DNA of 64,000 nt from positions 1 to 64,000 of IMG/VR virus record IMGVR_UViG_3300023301_000006, one strand, 5' to 3'. This DNA is from a virus. The notes under the pieces are model-generated. The model was not told the DNA's origin. It searched no databases and saw only the letters and a program-made list of their open reading frames with translations. Positions 42,798 to 53,515 of the stretch are shown here, in pieces; position 1 is the stretch's first letter; every line of letters begins with the position of its first letter. Position numbers and translations under genes: made by a program.

Positions 42798-42880
42798 TAA
42801 AAATTGTTATTGAAATTTTGTCCATAATGTTATATAATATATATAGAAGATAAAAAAAAGAAAAACTAAGGAGGAAGATT

Positions 42881-43423
42881 GTGAAAACAAAAAAATTCTT
42901 ATCTGAAGAAAGTTTAAATAAGATGGCAAAATATATTACTGAGTTAGGTGAAGGTATTAGAGAAGAATCAATTGCAGATATCTTTAAATCAGATTTTGAA
43001 AAAAAGAAGTTCCTAGATTTTAAATTAGAAGAGGTGAAGAAAAACAAGAAGTATCTTCCAATAATGAATTTCACTGACTGTTTACCTTATGAAAAAAAAC
43101 AGGGAGTCTTAGACATTTTTGAAAAAGAATATGGGATGTCAGGGTATACTCACGAGATTTTAATAATTACAGAAATGTTCTTATTATTGGGAATAGATAT
43201 TAAATTAGAAGACGTGGGGAAAATTGCAACTGCACAGAAGTACGCGAAAGAAGCAGTCGTATATTACCTACTTATAAATTTTGATGTAACTACAAGTATG
43301 GAAATGTTAATCTTTCACCAGAGAGTGTCTTCTTCTATTATAAAAGGGACAAGCAAAGTAAAATTATACAAGTCTAAAGTTATTAAAAATAATATAGTGG
43401 ATAGTATGAAAGGGGTAAATTAA
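42881..43423 (+). CDS. Hypothetical protein
   Basis: Promoter + GGAGG RBS. Confidence 0.65.
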   Translation: MKTKKFLSEESLNKMAKYITELGEGIREESIADIFKSDFEKKKFLDFKLEEVKKNKKYLPIMNFTDCLPYEKKQGVLDIFEKEYGMSGYTHEILIITEMFLLLGIDIKLEDVGKIATAQKYAKEAVVYYLLINFDVTTSMEMLIFHQRVSSSIIKGTSKVKLYKSKVIKNNIVDSMKGVN

Positions 43424-44070
43424 TGGAAATGCAAAGAAAACCTTATGAAAAAAAATCATTTTATTTACTTTATGGCAGTTTCGTAGGTAACTTCATATTT
43501 AAGAATCTATTGTCTGGTTTAAAGTTGGAGGGGAAACCTTATGGCTCAGGAATAGAAATACTTAACATAGGAAACAGAATACTTTCTGGAGGATTAGTAG
43601 GTTTAGATGTTTTTGACGAAGAAGAAGTTCTTAGACCATTTTTTAATTCAGTGCATGCTTTGTTCCTTTATGAAACACATTTATTTTACACTGGTCATTC
43701 TTTCTTAGAAATATATTTCCCAAGTGAAGAGCAAGTTATTGAACTAGACTTAATTATAAAGTCAAAAGGGGATTACAAAGGGTATTTAGACCAAGAAGAG
43801 ATAGAGTATCGTCTAATGAGTAATCTAGACGAGTATAATTTTGATAACTTCACGTTCGAAAAAGAGAATTATATCGATACTATAGTAGACTATCTTCCAG
43901 ACGGAGGATTCATTCCTAATTTGAAGTTAATTAAAAGAGAAATAGACTACTTCTTTAATGAAAGTAAATCCTTTCTTGAGGGGTGGAGTGGAGACTTTTT
44001 CGATGGAATAGGACAAATTTATAGTAGCGAAAAAATTGAATTTACTATTATGGGTGAATTACTAGAATAG
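43423..44070 (+). CDS. Hypothetical protein
   Basis: TAATG-coupled to upstream gene. Confidence 0.65.
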   Translation: MEMQRKPYEKKSFYLLYGSFVGNFIFKNLLSGLKLEGKPYGSGIEILNIGNRILSGGLVGLDVFDEEEVLRPFFNSVHALFLYETHLFYTGHSFLEIYFPSEEQVIELDLIIKSKGDYKGYLDQEEIEYRLMSNLDEYNFDNFTFEKENYIDTIVDYLPDGGFIPNLKLIKREIDYFFNESKSFLEGWSGDFFDGIGQIYSSEKIEFTIMGELLE

Positions 44071-44093
44071 AAGAGTGATAGGGGGATTTAAAA

Positions 44094-44387
44094 ATGATTA
44101 CTAAAAAAAGTGATAAGATAGACTACGACAAAATAATCAATGAAGATGTTAAAGAAAAATTATCAGAGAAAGCACAGGCTGTATTGAAAGCAGTTATAAC
44201 GTTAAAAAACAACGGCGAAGAGAATATAACTAATCAAATGGTTAGTGAACAATTAGATTTAACTCCAAGACAAGTAGTGGGAGTTATGAATGGGATCGTA
44301 AAGAAAGGGTTGCTAGTTCGAGACAAGGCAGAGATGATGGTAAAAAAAGAAGTTACTATTTTTAAAATGCCTAAATTGGGGGAATAA
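44094..44387 (+). CDS. Winged-helix DNA-binding protein
   Basis: LSEKAQAVL...ITNQMVSEQLDLTPRQV...LVKKG-like pattern. Confidence 0.6.
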   Translation: MITKKSDKIDYDKIINEDVKEKLSEKAQAVLKAVITLKNNGEENITNQMVSEQLDLTPRQVVGVMNGIVKKGLLVRDKAEMMVKKEVTIFKMPKLGE

Positions 44388-44388
44388 T

Positions 44389-44658
44389 ATGGAGAATAAG
44401 ATAAGAGCTCTAATGAAAGAAAAGGAAATGGAATTAGAGAGTGAATTAAATACTTTTTCCCACGCAGTCTATGAGGTAGATGGAAGTATTTATGTTAACG
44501 CGACAAGTGAGATTTTTAATGGCATAACTTATAAAATAGACAATCCAAGTATGAATTTATGTCCAAGTGAAGACAAGGACTTGGAGTGGTATATTGACAA
44601 AATTGTTGATTACTACAACTTCATTTTAAGTTATTTAGAATTAACACAATACCAATAG
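44389..44658 (+). CDS. Hypothetical protein
   Basis: Operon packing. Confidence 0.6.
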   Translation: MENKIRALMKEKEMELESELNTFSHAVYEVDGSIYVNATSEIFNGITYKIDNPSMNLCPSEDKDLEWYIDKIVDYYNFILSYLELTQYQ

Positions 44659-44669
44659 GAGGTAGTAGT

Positions 44670-45014
44670 ATGATAAATTTAGTAACAGGAATGACATACT
44701 TAAATAGAGATAAAGTATTAAAGGTGGAGTTAACCCTCGACCAAGACAAAGAAATACTATCTAGTGGTGACTTGGGTAAAAATCTTTTTGGCAAACACGT
44801 ATTCTACAAAGAAAAGCCTGAAGATAGTAAAGTTGCTAAAGGTCAAGGCATATTGACGGCTGACCCATTTATTGACTATCCAGAAGAATCAGTTTTAACT
44901 TATGTAGGGTTGGATAAAAAAAATAATGGCGAAAAGAATTTCGATTTAATGTGTAAGGTTCTAAATTCTAATGGTTTACTAAATCAGAGGAGACTGTTAA
45001 AGTTAAGAAAATAG
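44670..45014 (+). CDS. Hypothetical protein
   Basis: GGAGG RBS; terminator follows. Confidence 0.65.
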   Translation: MINLVTGMTYLNRDKVLKVELTLDQDKEILSSGDLGKNLFGKHVFYKEKPEDSKVAKGQGILTADPFIDYPEESVLTYVGLDKKNNGEKNFDLMCKVLNSNGLLNQRRLLKLRK

Positions 45015-45020
45015 AGTTGT

Positions 45021-45050
45021 AATACTACCTTCGAAGGGTAGTATTTTTTT
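45021..45050 (+). terminator. Intrinsic terminator
   Basis: AATACTACC-TTCGAAG-GGTAGTATT plus T-tract. Confidence 0.8.
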
Positions 45051-45130
45051 ACGTTAAAATGGGTGCTGTCCCTCGGAAACGAATTGTAAATTTTAATATA
45101 CAAAAAAAATAAGACCCAAGTTTCTAGGTC

Positions 45131-46453
45131 TTAGAGGAATCAGTTTTGTTTATGTGTTTTCTCTTCTACACAATACTCGCAGACATTATCTACCATCTCT
45201 TCTGAAAGGACAAATTCAGCACATTCTTCACAGCAAGAGTATTCTCTTGAGCACCTATTACAAACCCAAGTATCGTATCCAGTGAAGTGTGCACTATCTA
45301 CATGCTCTGTAACACCACAATCTTCACAATATATGAAATTCTCATTGAAACAAATTTCACATACGTTGCCCTCTTCTGTCGCATATATGTTTTCACTGTG
45401 ATGGAAGTCTCCACAATAAGCACACTCTTCTCCTTCCCTATAACAATTACACAAATCAACACTACCGCAACTTGGACAAGAGTAATCTTCAATTTGTCTT
45501 AAACCTGCGATGTATTCGTTGTCTGCCCTAAACTTTACATTAAGGACAGTAGAATCAACATAAGCATGGGTAAAATAATAATTATCAAGTGTCTGTTTAG
45601 TTGTTATCTCCCCATCTGCTAGCTCTTGAATCTTTTCTTTGATTTTTTCATTAAAGAATTTATTCTCAAAAGGGTAATTCTTTTTTAAGTCTACTGAAAC
45701 TACAGGGTCGTTGTCATTAAATGACTGAGTGGAAGTGACAAAAATTAAAGAACGCCATTTCTTATTATCAACTGCTCCAAGATAAGGCTTTGATGATTTA
45801 GTGTAGGCTACTGCTATCGAAGGACTGTTTAGATACTCTATTAATCCTAATTTATAACTGTGTTCTGAGTCTGTAGACATACAACTTCTCCAATTATTTG
45901 TATTACTACTCATGGATATGATATCTTCCAATTTTGTACTAATGTATATTGTCTCTTTCCCTTGTAAGTTTTGTATGAGCATAGAATACTCTTTCAAAAA
46001 AAACGTTGCAACTTCATCGTTTAAATAGGTTTTAAAAATCTTACTAATCACCTTTGTAATTTTCATACCTTTTTGGAATTTTAAATCCCTATACTCTTTT
46101 TTTTCTTCAAGTCTATTATTCTTTATATACTTGAAAATACCCACTGATGAATTAATTCCAGAATCTTTAACAAACTGGTACATGTGCTCTACGACTAGAT
46201 AAGATAGTTTAATCTTATTACTAAAATTCAACACCTTGGAGAAAGTACTTAATAGCTTATCAGAGGTATCTTCCCTACTTTCAGAGTGTTCTACCTCGAA
46301 TGAAATCTTTTCTTTTCCGCCCAACAGGAACTTACGTATTGTCTTCTTCTTTTCGTCCCATTCCTCGTACATTTCTTCAATAAAAAGTCTTGCAAAGTCA
46401 ACGTTCTCATAAATCTTACCTAATTGTACTGACATGAAATCAATTTTATCCAT
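45131..46453 (-). CDS. WxSC/KxWR family protein with multi-Zn-finger tail
   Basis: NWRSCM...EYL...KKWR...YP then repeated CxxC; TGA 45140 followed by TAA three codons later. Confidence 0.75.
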
Positions 46454-46467
46454 AGTATTTCCTCCCT

Positions 46468-46962
46468 TTATATTAAGAACTCTTTATCGTATCTGTTTAC
46501 TAAATTAGCATTATAAAAATCATAATCTCCAGTTACTTCTTCAGCGATATCTTCAATAGCTCCAACAAAACTCTCTGCATCAACAACACTTTCAAATTCC
46601 TTTTCTATTAAAACTAGTGACCTATCTTGAAAAACGTCTACTTCATATTCTTCAGAACAATATACAACAACAAGTCTACTTTTAGACAGGGAGTTCACTT
46701 CTTTTCCACCGAAAAGCTCCATCTTTTCATCAAAGTCCTTCATTGTTGTTCTGAAGGTTAGTTCATTCCTTACAAGTCCAAACCCTTCTTTATATACAAC
46801 TAAAGGCTCTTTTTGTTTAAGTCGAATTCTAATTTCATGTTCTCCCATGGATAAATATTTTTGGTATATATGGATTATCTTAATTATTTCACACTCTCTT
46901 AAGAATTCTTCAACGTCACCTTTAAACCACCATTTTCTTTCTATTTCCATCTTCTGTTTCAT
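46468..46962 (-). CDS. CYTH-domain protein
   Basis: EIERKW, QxYL, RIR, EVDVF, ExEF. Confidence 0.8.
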   Translation of the reverse strand: MKQKMEIERKWWFKGDVEEFLRECEIIKIIHIYQKYLSMGEHEIRIRLKQKEPLVVYKEGFGLVRNELTFRTTMKDFDEKMELFGGKEVNSLSKSRLVVVYCSEEYEVDVFQDRSLVLIEKEFESVVDAESFVGAIEDIAEEVTGDYDFYNANLVNRYDKEFLI

Positions 46963-47468
46963 TATTCTACGCCTCCTTTAGCTTCAAAAAAAATCTCAAT
47001 TTCATGCATTGGGACTGGTTTGTAGTTGCTTAGTTCAACTCCTACGTTACAGTGGAATTTATCGTCCATTTTGCCGTTGTGTAGATGCCCATGGATATTA
47101 GCATAGGGCATATGCTCATTCATAAAAACTGGTTCATGTGAAAGAATATAAACTCCTTTGTAAATAATTGGAAATTCAGACACTTGCCAAAACCCACATT
47201 TTCCCCACCAGCTTGCAGTTCTATGTTTATCATGGTTCCCCATAATAAGAACGATGTGTCCGTTCAGTTGTGAAAAGATTTCTTTAATTCTATCTTGACC
47301 AGCAAAGGCGAAATCTCCCATGTGAAATACCTTGTCTCCTTTACTAACAATATTATTCCATGCTTTAATCATTTCTTTGTCCATTTGCTTTGTATTTTCA
47401 AATGGTCTGCCAGTGTATTTAATAACGTTCTGATGACCAAAATGATGGTCTGATGTAAAGTATACCAT
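46962..47468 (-). CDS. Calcineurin-like metallophosphoesterase
   Basis: SDHHFGH, GD, GNHD, HGHLH. Confidence 0.88.
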   Translation of the reverse strand: MVYFTSDHHFGHQNVIKYTGRPFENTKQMDKEMIKAWNNIVSKGDKVFHMGDFAFAGQDRIKEIFSQLNGHIVLIMGNHDKHRTASWWGKCGFWQVSEFPIIYKGVYILSHEPVFMNEHMPYANIHGHLHNGKMDDKFHCNVGVELSNYKPVPMHEIEIFFEAKGGVE

Positions 47469-47575
47469 ATTGTTACCTCCTTAATATTTTTTTCTTTTTT
47501 TATCTTCTAATTATATTATATCATTAAACAAAAAAAATAGCAATAACAAATTTTATTTTGTTACTGCTTGAGTAT

Positions 47576-48058
47576 TTAGTTTTTAAGCACTGTAAAATTA
47601 TCCAAGTCCAGTCCTTTGAATCTTCCTATGTCTAATACAAACCTTCTAATTCCTTTTTTAAACCCATCTCTTTTAATAAGCCTAATTACCCTTGTGTACC
47701 ATTTAGAGTCAATAAATATAGGAATAACATTTTTTGCCCCAACAACTTTGGCAAACTGTTCAGGACCATCAACACCAGTAACTAAAATATTCACACAGTG
47801 TTCATGTAAATGCTCAACACTCGTGCCATATGTATTACCATAGATACTCATTTGTTGGAGTATGTTTAAGTTTTTAACTTCATCTTTAGTTATAAAATGA
47901 TAATCGACCCCGTCTACTTCATTAGGTCTTTGCGGTCTGGTAGTAAAACTAACCAACTTCCTCCACTGCAAAGAGGATTTTAAAAACTTACTCTCAAAAA
48001 AAGTTTTTCCTGAGCCGCTAGGTCCTACTATTACTATTACTACTGCATGTAATTTCAC
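47576..48058 (-). CDS. gmk: Guanylate kinase-like protein
   Basis: GPSGSGKT, TTRPQRPNEVDGVDYHF, YGT. Confidence 0.8.
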   Translation of the reverse strand: MKLHAVVIVIVGPSGSGKTFFESKFLKSSLQWRKLVSFTTRPQRPNEVDGVDYHFITKDEVKNLNILQQMSIYGNTYGTSVEHLHEHCVNILVTGVDGPEQFAKVVGAKNVIPIFIDSKWYTRVIRLIKRDGFKKGIRRFVLDIGRFKGLDLDNFTVLKN

Positions 48059-48068
48059 ACTTACCTCC

Positions 48069-48671
48069 TTAATCCAACATCTTATAATCTGCTTTTGGGT
48101 TCTTAAATATTTCTAAATATCTTTCTCTAATTTCTTTATAATTCTCTATTATTACTTCAGGACAGAATTGCTCTATGCAATCAAAATCGTCATTCTCAAA
48201 GGCTTTTCTTATCTTCGTGGCACTAAGTGCATTAAATACTTTTTGTCGCTCTACGTAGATTATAGAAACTCGTTTTTGTATAAAATGACTATGTTTGAAC
48301 CAAAGTTTGATAAAATTTAAGTCATCAGAGTAATAAATACTAAAGTGCTTTTGGCGAATTCTTGCTACAATATTGTAATATAAATATTCTCCCCACTTAT
48401 CTAATTCCATCATTCCATTTTCTTTCCCCCAGTCAGGTAATTCCATAACTTTAATTTTCGACACGTCTTCTTCTGAAAAATTCTTAGATATGTGTCTGTA
48501 CAGATATGTTACTCTTTCTGAATGGGAGAATGGGTTTCTTAGAGTTTCTTGTTTGTTGCTTGAGCCTAATACAATAAGCACCATGTCGTTTTCCTTACAG
48601 GCTTTCTCAATCATCCATAAATGTGCATTGTGCATTGGTTGCATTCTTGCTAAAAATACTCCTACTTTCAT
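48069..48671 (-). CDS. NMN adenylyltransferase (NadM-like)
   Basis: ARMQPMHNAH, GS, RNPFS..ER, SATKIR. Confidence 0.8.
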   Translation of the reverse strand: MKVGVFLARMQPMHNAHLWMIEKACKENDMVLIVLGSSNKQETLRNPFSHSERVTYLYRHISKNFSEEDVSKIKVMELPDWGKENGMMELDKWGEYLYYNIVARIRQKHFSIYYSDDLNFIKLWFKHSHFIQKRVSIIYVERQKVFNALSATKIRKAFENDDFDCIEQFCPEVIIENYKEIRERYLEIFKNPKADYKMLD

Positions 48672-48672
48672 A

Positions 48673-48990
48673 TTAAAAGTCCTCCTTTTTTACGTGATAC
48701 TTAGCATAATTTTGAATTGCACTCTTATATATTTCTTTACCTCTCACTAAGAGGAAAACGGCAATTAAGAATAGAATTATTATTCCTACCAACATAAAGT
48801 TAAACAGGAAGTATAGAAGCGTGAACAACAACGTAAAAAACAATATCGATTCCATAGTTCCAAGTATAATAGTAGATAAGACATCAACTTGTCCGTGGTA
48901 TGCCGTAGGGAAAAAATAGTATCTCATGAAAACTGGTAAAGAGAATAGAGCTATTGAAAGCAACATACAAATTTGTATAGACATACCCAT
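48673..48990 (-). CDS. Membrane protein
   Basis: Three hydrophobic segments. Confidence 0.65.
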   Translation of the reverse strand: MGMSIQICMLLSIALFSLPVFMRYYFFPTAYHGQVDVLSTIILGTMESILFFTLLFTLLYFLFNFMLVGIIILFLIAVFLLVRGKEIYKSAIQNYAKYHVKKEDF

Positions 48991-50015
48991 TAAACAACAC
49001 CTCCTGAATTGATTAAATCATTGACCAACTTAAAAGATTTATTAAATCTGTTTAGATAGTCTCCATTGATTATCTTATACTCTATCCCAAGTTCATCAAA
49101 CATTCCTTTTAATACTTCATTGTTGTCTTCCCTAACCTTTTCCTCACCTTGGTCACGTAGTCCGTCTGCAACCCATTTTACATCAGGTTCAAGAAACAAG
49201 TATAAATCATACTCTTGATTTTTTGCCATCTCATTATATAGTTTTTTCTCATTATTGAAGTATATATCAAAATAGTATTGTGTTACAACTACCTCACTAT
49301 CAATGAACAATACTTTGTTTGAGTCTTTTACCTTATCTATCTCATGTACTTTCTGTTTAAAGGCAATCTCATCGAACATATCCTTTGTAAGGAAGTTGGA
49401 ATATTCTTCGCAAATATCTCTCCCATACTCTGCAACGTAATTGGTATTGAATACTCTTGCTAAGTTTTTAACAAGAGTGGATTTACCACAACTCTCTGTT
49501 CCAATGACTGCAATTCTTTTAACAAATTCCGCACGAACGTAATTAGGCATCTTGTCCCAATTCCCATAGACATCTTGTCTAATTTCTGTCGCACTTACGT
49601 TTACTACATTTCTTTCATTGTCGATTACGATATGTTTCGCATTTGGGTATAATCTATCAAAGGTTTCAGAATATCCAATCTCTGAGCTAAAGACAAAATC
49701 TATTTTTTCCCCTATCTCTTTTTTAATTTTCTCTGCTCCTTCTTCCCATGAATAATCTTCAACCCCATAATCATCTTCAATTTCTATTATGAACACGTTG
49801 TCTATCTCTGAAGCAAGTTTCCCCAACCAAGAGAGTCTTGTGGAAGGGTCTACATAAGGAAAGTTGTCCTTGATACTTAGTTTCTTCTCTCTCTTTTCTG
49901 AATGTGTCATTACAACATATAGTTTATCTACTAAATTTGACGCATAAGTTATTGCAAACACATGCCCTGAATGTAATGGATAAAATTTACCACCAATAAA
50001 ACCTACTGTTTTCAT
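48990..50015 (-). CDS. nadR: NadR-type bifunctional NMN adenylyltransferase / ribosylnicotinamide kinase
   Basis: GKFYPLHSGH, SATEIR, GTESCGKST, EYGR, WVADGLR; no HTH. Confidence 0.9.
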   Translation of the reverse strand: MKTVGFIGGKFYPLHSGHVFAITYASNLVDKLYVVMTHSEKREKKLSIKDNFPYVDPSTRLSWLGKLASEIDNVFIIEIEDDYGVEDYSWEEGAEKIKKEIGEKIDFVFSSEIGYSETFDRLYPNAKHIVIDNERNVVNVSATEIRQDVYGNWDKMPNYVRAEFVKRIAVIGTESCGKSTLVKNLARVFNTNYVAEYGRDICEEYSNFLTKDMFDEIAFKQKVHEIDKVKDSNKVLFIDSEVVVTQYYFDIYFNNEKKLYNEMAKNQEYDLYLFLEPDVKWVADGLRDQGEEKVREDNNEVLKGMFDELGIEYKIINGDYLNRFNKSFKLVNDLINSGGVV

Positions 50016-50027
50016 ACTATTAACCTC

Positions 50028-50714
50028 CTATAATATCTTAAGAACTCTACGGAACATTCCATGAAATCTACCAATGTCTCTATCAAGATGATAGTGTCCG
50101 TAATACCATTGATAATCATGCTTGTGCTCTCTTAGTCTATTTCGAATAACGTTCATTTGAACTTCTGTGGGGTCGTCATAGTTGTTTTCCACAAGCTTTT
50201 CAGCAATTGAGTAAGGAGGTGCGTGTGTAATAACAAAGTCAATGTTCTTCTGACACTCCTCAATTGCTTTTATTGCTCTAATAGCTTCTTCATAAGTTGG
50301 TTCTTCTTCTTTCCACCAAGAAACAAACTCTGTTCTAAAGGCTTTGTCATGACTTCTTGCTCCGCCGAATGTCAAGAAAGTTTTTCCTTGAATATCATAC
50401 ACTTGACCTCTTTTTAAATGAAATACAGAATCATTAATTTTCCCAACCTTACCACCATACTTGTCAATAACAGGATATTGGTGAAGTAAATTAAAATTCT
50501 CATGGTTGCCGTCAACGAATAGAGTTGTAAAACTCTTTTCACTCAACCAATCCAACCAATACCTCATCTCGCTATTGTCTTTCCAAATTATACCAAAATC
50601 GCCACAGATAATAACAACATCTTCTTTAGTCATTTTCCGTTGGTCTGGAAAGTTATCTATACTTAGTCTTCTAATGTCAATGTTACCATGGGTGTCCCCA
50701 GTAATATAAATCAT
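50028..50714 (-). CDS. Metallophosphoesterase
   Basis: GDTHG, GDFG, GNHE, GHYH. Confidence 0.88.
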   Translation of the reverse strand: MIYITGDTHGNIDIRRLSIDNFPDQRKMTKEDVVIICGDFGIIWKDNSEMRYWLDWLSEKSFTTLFVDGNHENFNLLHQYPVIDKYGGKVGKINDSVFHLKRGQVYDIQGKTFLTFGGARSHDKAFRTEFVSWWKEEEPTYEEAIRAIKAIEECQKNIDFVITHAPPYSIAEKLVENNYDDPTEVQMNVIRNRLREHKHDYQWYYGHYHLDRDIGRFHGMFRRVLKIL

Positions 50715-50728
50715 CGTTTCACTCTCCT

Positions 50729-51046
50729 TTAAATTTCTTTGTACAAATACTCTATATTCTTTAAATCAGCAATCTCATAAATTTCTTCATTAGAACGAAC
50801 TTCTTTCATTTCGAGATAAGTGTTTACACTTCCATAGTTTACCATTTTAGTGTTGTATCTATTAGTATAAATTCTATAACATAAATCTCTAGTATACATA
50901 TTCCAACGGTTGTTTATTAAAGGCTCCTGGCAAAATGAAATGTACCCTAATCTATCAAGTTCTTTGCACAGTTCTCTTTCGTCTTCGCCATTTCGGACTC
51001 TTACTATCGTTGTTTGTCCATTTAGGATTTCCTCATTTATTATCAC
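50729..51046 (-). CDS. YxEV-tag protein, family A
   Basis: ELCKELDRLGY; ends LYKEI. Confidence 0.7.
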   Translation of the reverse strand: MIINEEILNGQTTIVRVRNGEDERELCKELDRLGYISFCQEPLINNRWNMYTRDLCYRIYTNRYNTKMVNYGSVNTYLEMKEVRSNEEIYEIADLKNIEYLYKEI

Positions 51047-51141
51047 ACCTAACTCCTCCTTTTTTTTCTTTTTCTCTTATATTAATATTATATCACTTTT
51101 TAGATATTTCTGCAATAAAAAAATGCAGTTTTTACGCTGTA

Positions 51142-51810
51142 CTATGCTTGTTGATTCATTTTGTTCCAATTATATAAACCATACACTGAATTTACTAAAT
51201 AAGCAATCCACATAACCAACACAGAAATATCAGTTCCACCATTACTCAACGCATAAATCCAAAGGCATATGGAAGCCACATTAACGCCTATCCATAACAC
51301 CCATTGTTCTACATAACGCATCACCATTAAAATCATTGCTATAATAGATAGAATAGTTGATATTGAATCAAAGTAAGGCATATTACCACCAAGAGAAGCC
51401 AACCATTGCCCATAAAATAAAATGGCTACAATTGCAATTACGAACCAAGTAAAACGTTGTTTTTGAGTCATAATTTTAGTTTTAACTTCTTTGACTTTTG
51501 AATTCATATATTTTCGCCACAATAGAATACCAACAAATTGCATTGGTAAGAAAAATATTAGGTTTAACATCACTTCTCCGTAAAATTTCCATGAATAAGC
51601 CACCCAAGCATATGCTAATACGTTAACAATACCAACGTAGTAATTAGATATTTTACCTTTGGCTGCTAAAACTACACACCATATACCAGTTAAAGATGCA
51701 GTTACTCCAATCAGACCATCTCCCCAATAAAGGGATAATGATAATATTAATAGGGTAGATACCCCCAACCATATTTTTTCAAACGTCTTCCAATCATTAA
51801 AGTAATTCAT
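51142..51810 (-). CDS. pnuC: Nicotinamide riboside transporter PnuC
   Basis: Multi-TM; PYFDS, EQWVLW, N...G...W. Confidence 0.88.
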   Translation of the reverse strand: MNYFNDWKTFEKIWLGVSTLLILSLSLYWGDGLIGVTASLTGIWCVVLAAKGKISNYYVGIVNVLAYAWVAYSWKFYGEVMLNLIFFLPMQFVGILLWRKYMNSKVKEVKTKIMTQKQRFTWFVIAIVAILFYGQWLASLGGNMPYFDSISTILSIIAMILMVMRYVEQWVLWIGVNVASICLWIYALSNGGTDISVLVMWIAYLVNSVYGLYNWNKMNQQA

Positions 51811-51818
51811 AATTCCTC

Positions 51819-53104
51819 CTATACTTCTTTATATAATGGACAGTCATCTTTTATTTCTTCATATTTGTATAAGAATACGCGAGAATTGTTGTTTGCCTCC
51901 TTTATTGAAGATTTGTAGATTGATTTTGATGGAGGCTTGGGTATTTCATATATTATACCTTTTTCTTTCTCATCAAAGTACTTCAAATCAATTAAAGTTG
52001 AACCACTCTTCCATCTATAACCATTCTTGTGTAGTTCTTTAGACAACTCATTTATTTGGTCTTTATTTGTGAGTATGACTCTAAGACCTTGGCTCAATAG
52101 TTCTTGCCTTATTTTCATTTTATACCTCCCCGTATATTGGTTTTAATAGTGAAATGGCATCTATTTCAATTATCTTATAATTTTGACGATAGTGACTAAT
52201 AAAGCTATCTGCTTCTCAGGAAGAACTGGTCTCCCAAATATATCCTTCCCCCATCAAAAATAATGTACTATGCTCAATAGTGCGAAGTGACTTTACCAAT
52301 GGACCATCGAAACTCCAGCGGAGTTTTTTGTCAATTGCATATGACTCAAACAACTTAAGTATTTCTTTAGTTCTTATTGATACCACATAGTAATTCACTT
52401 TATACCTCCTTATATAAAAAGATTGCTTCCCATATGTCCTCAAAGTTTAGTGTGATATCATCTTTTATGTCCAAATTTTCAATTTTATCATATGACACAC
52501 GAAGTTTATCTAAACGGACTTTATAATATAAAGGATACATATATTCAGGAGGAAGCCACTCTGGCAAAAAATCCCCATCTTGCCAACGGTAACCTAACTT
52601 ATTCAATGCTTTACTTACATCAATTACATCTGGTTGATTTTCTAATATAACGCAAAATTCATCTGGTAATCCTTTTCTCAATATCATATTTTACACCTCC
52701 TGGTATAGATGGAATGGTCTAACTAACATATCAGAATGAAAAGAATAGCCAGTCTCTCCGTCTAGGTTGTATAAGTCATTTTGCTTTCTTGTTATTTCAA
52801 AAGTTTTTCCGCAGAACTTATTCATCTCTGCCGAAAAACCGTATCGAACGTCACTTATCTCAAATTCCCCCTGTAGATGATGGGTAGGGTTAATTAGAAA
52901 GTGTTTTTCAAACTCCTTTTTGGTTTTTACCCTTACTATGTCCCCAACTCTATAGACAGGAGAATATAGTTCTAAACTATCTGGTTTGAACGTAAAATCG
53001 AGTCTCTTTCTCTTGAGAAATGGTCGATTGTCGTTAACCTGAAAAGCCATTCCTTTGTGGGTTCCATCTTTCGTTGTATGTAACACATCCATTGCAATTC
53101 CCAT
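51819..53104 (-). CDS. Four YxEV-tag genes: 51819-52118, 52120-52398 (TGA=Trp at 52216), 52400-52687, 52691-53104
   Basis: Ends LYKEV, IYGEV, LYKEV, LYQEV; families A, C-like, A, B. Confidence 0.75.
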
Positions 53105-53315
53105 AAATTCACCCCTTTAAAATTTTATTTTTTATTTCTTTCTTATACTTATATTATATCACTTTTTAAGAAAACTTACAACAAAAAAAAGTAGAAAAAT
53201 AAATTCTACTCTGGATTTCATACTAATTAAACATTATAACTAACATGATTATGATAAACGCTCCCCCAACTAAAGTCAATAAGAATGTGATTAGTAAATC
53301 TCCCATAATCTCCTC

Positions 53316-53513
53316 CTAGCCTATTAAAATTGTACCAATGACGAAACTAAAACAAATTACAACAAAGGTTAAGTACCATACAAAAGGTTCGTCTTTTCGT
53401 TCATTTATGCCAAATGCGACCAATTCTGCAACAAGAAATACTATTGTTACTGTAATTACAATTACTAGTATGCCAGTAAGGAGCCTTGTAAAAAGACCAA
53501 TCATTGCTTCCAT
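53316..53513 (-). CDS. Small membrane protein
   Basis: Two hydrophobic segments, GGAGG RBS. Confidence 0.6.
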   Translation of the reverse strand: MEAMIGLFTRLLTGILVIVITVTIVFLVAELVAFGINERKDEPFVWYLTFVVICFSFVIGTILIG

Positions 53514-53515
53514 AA

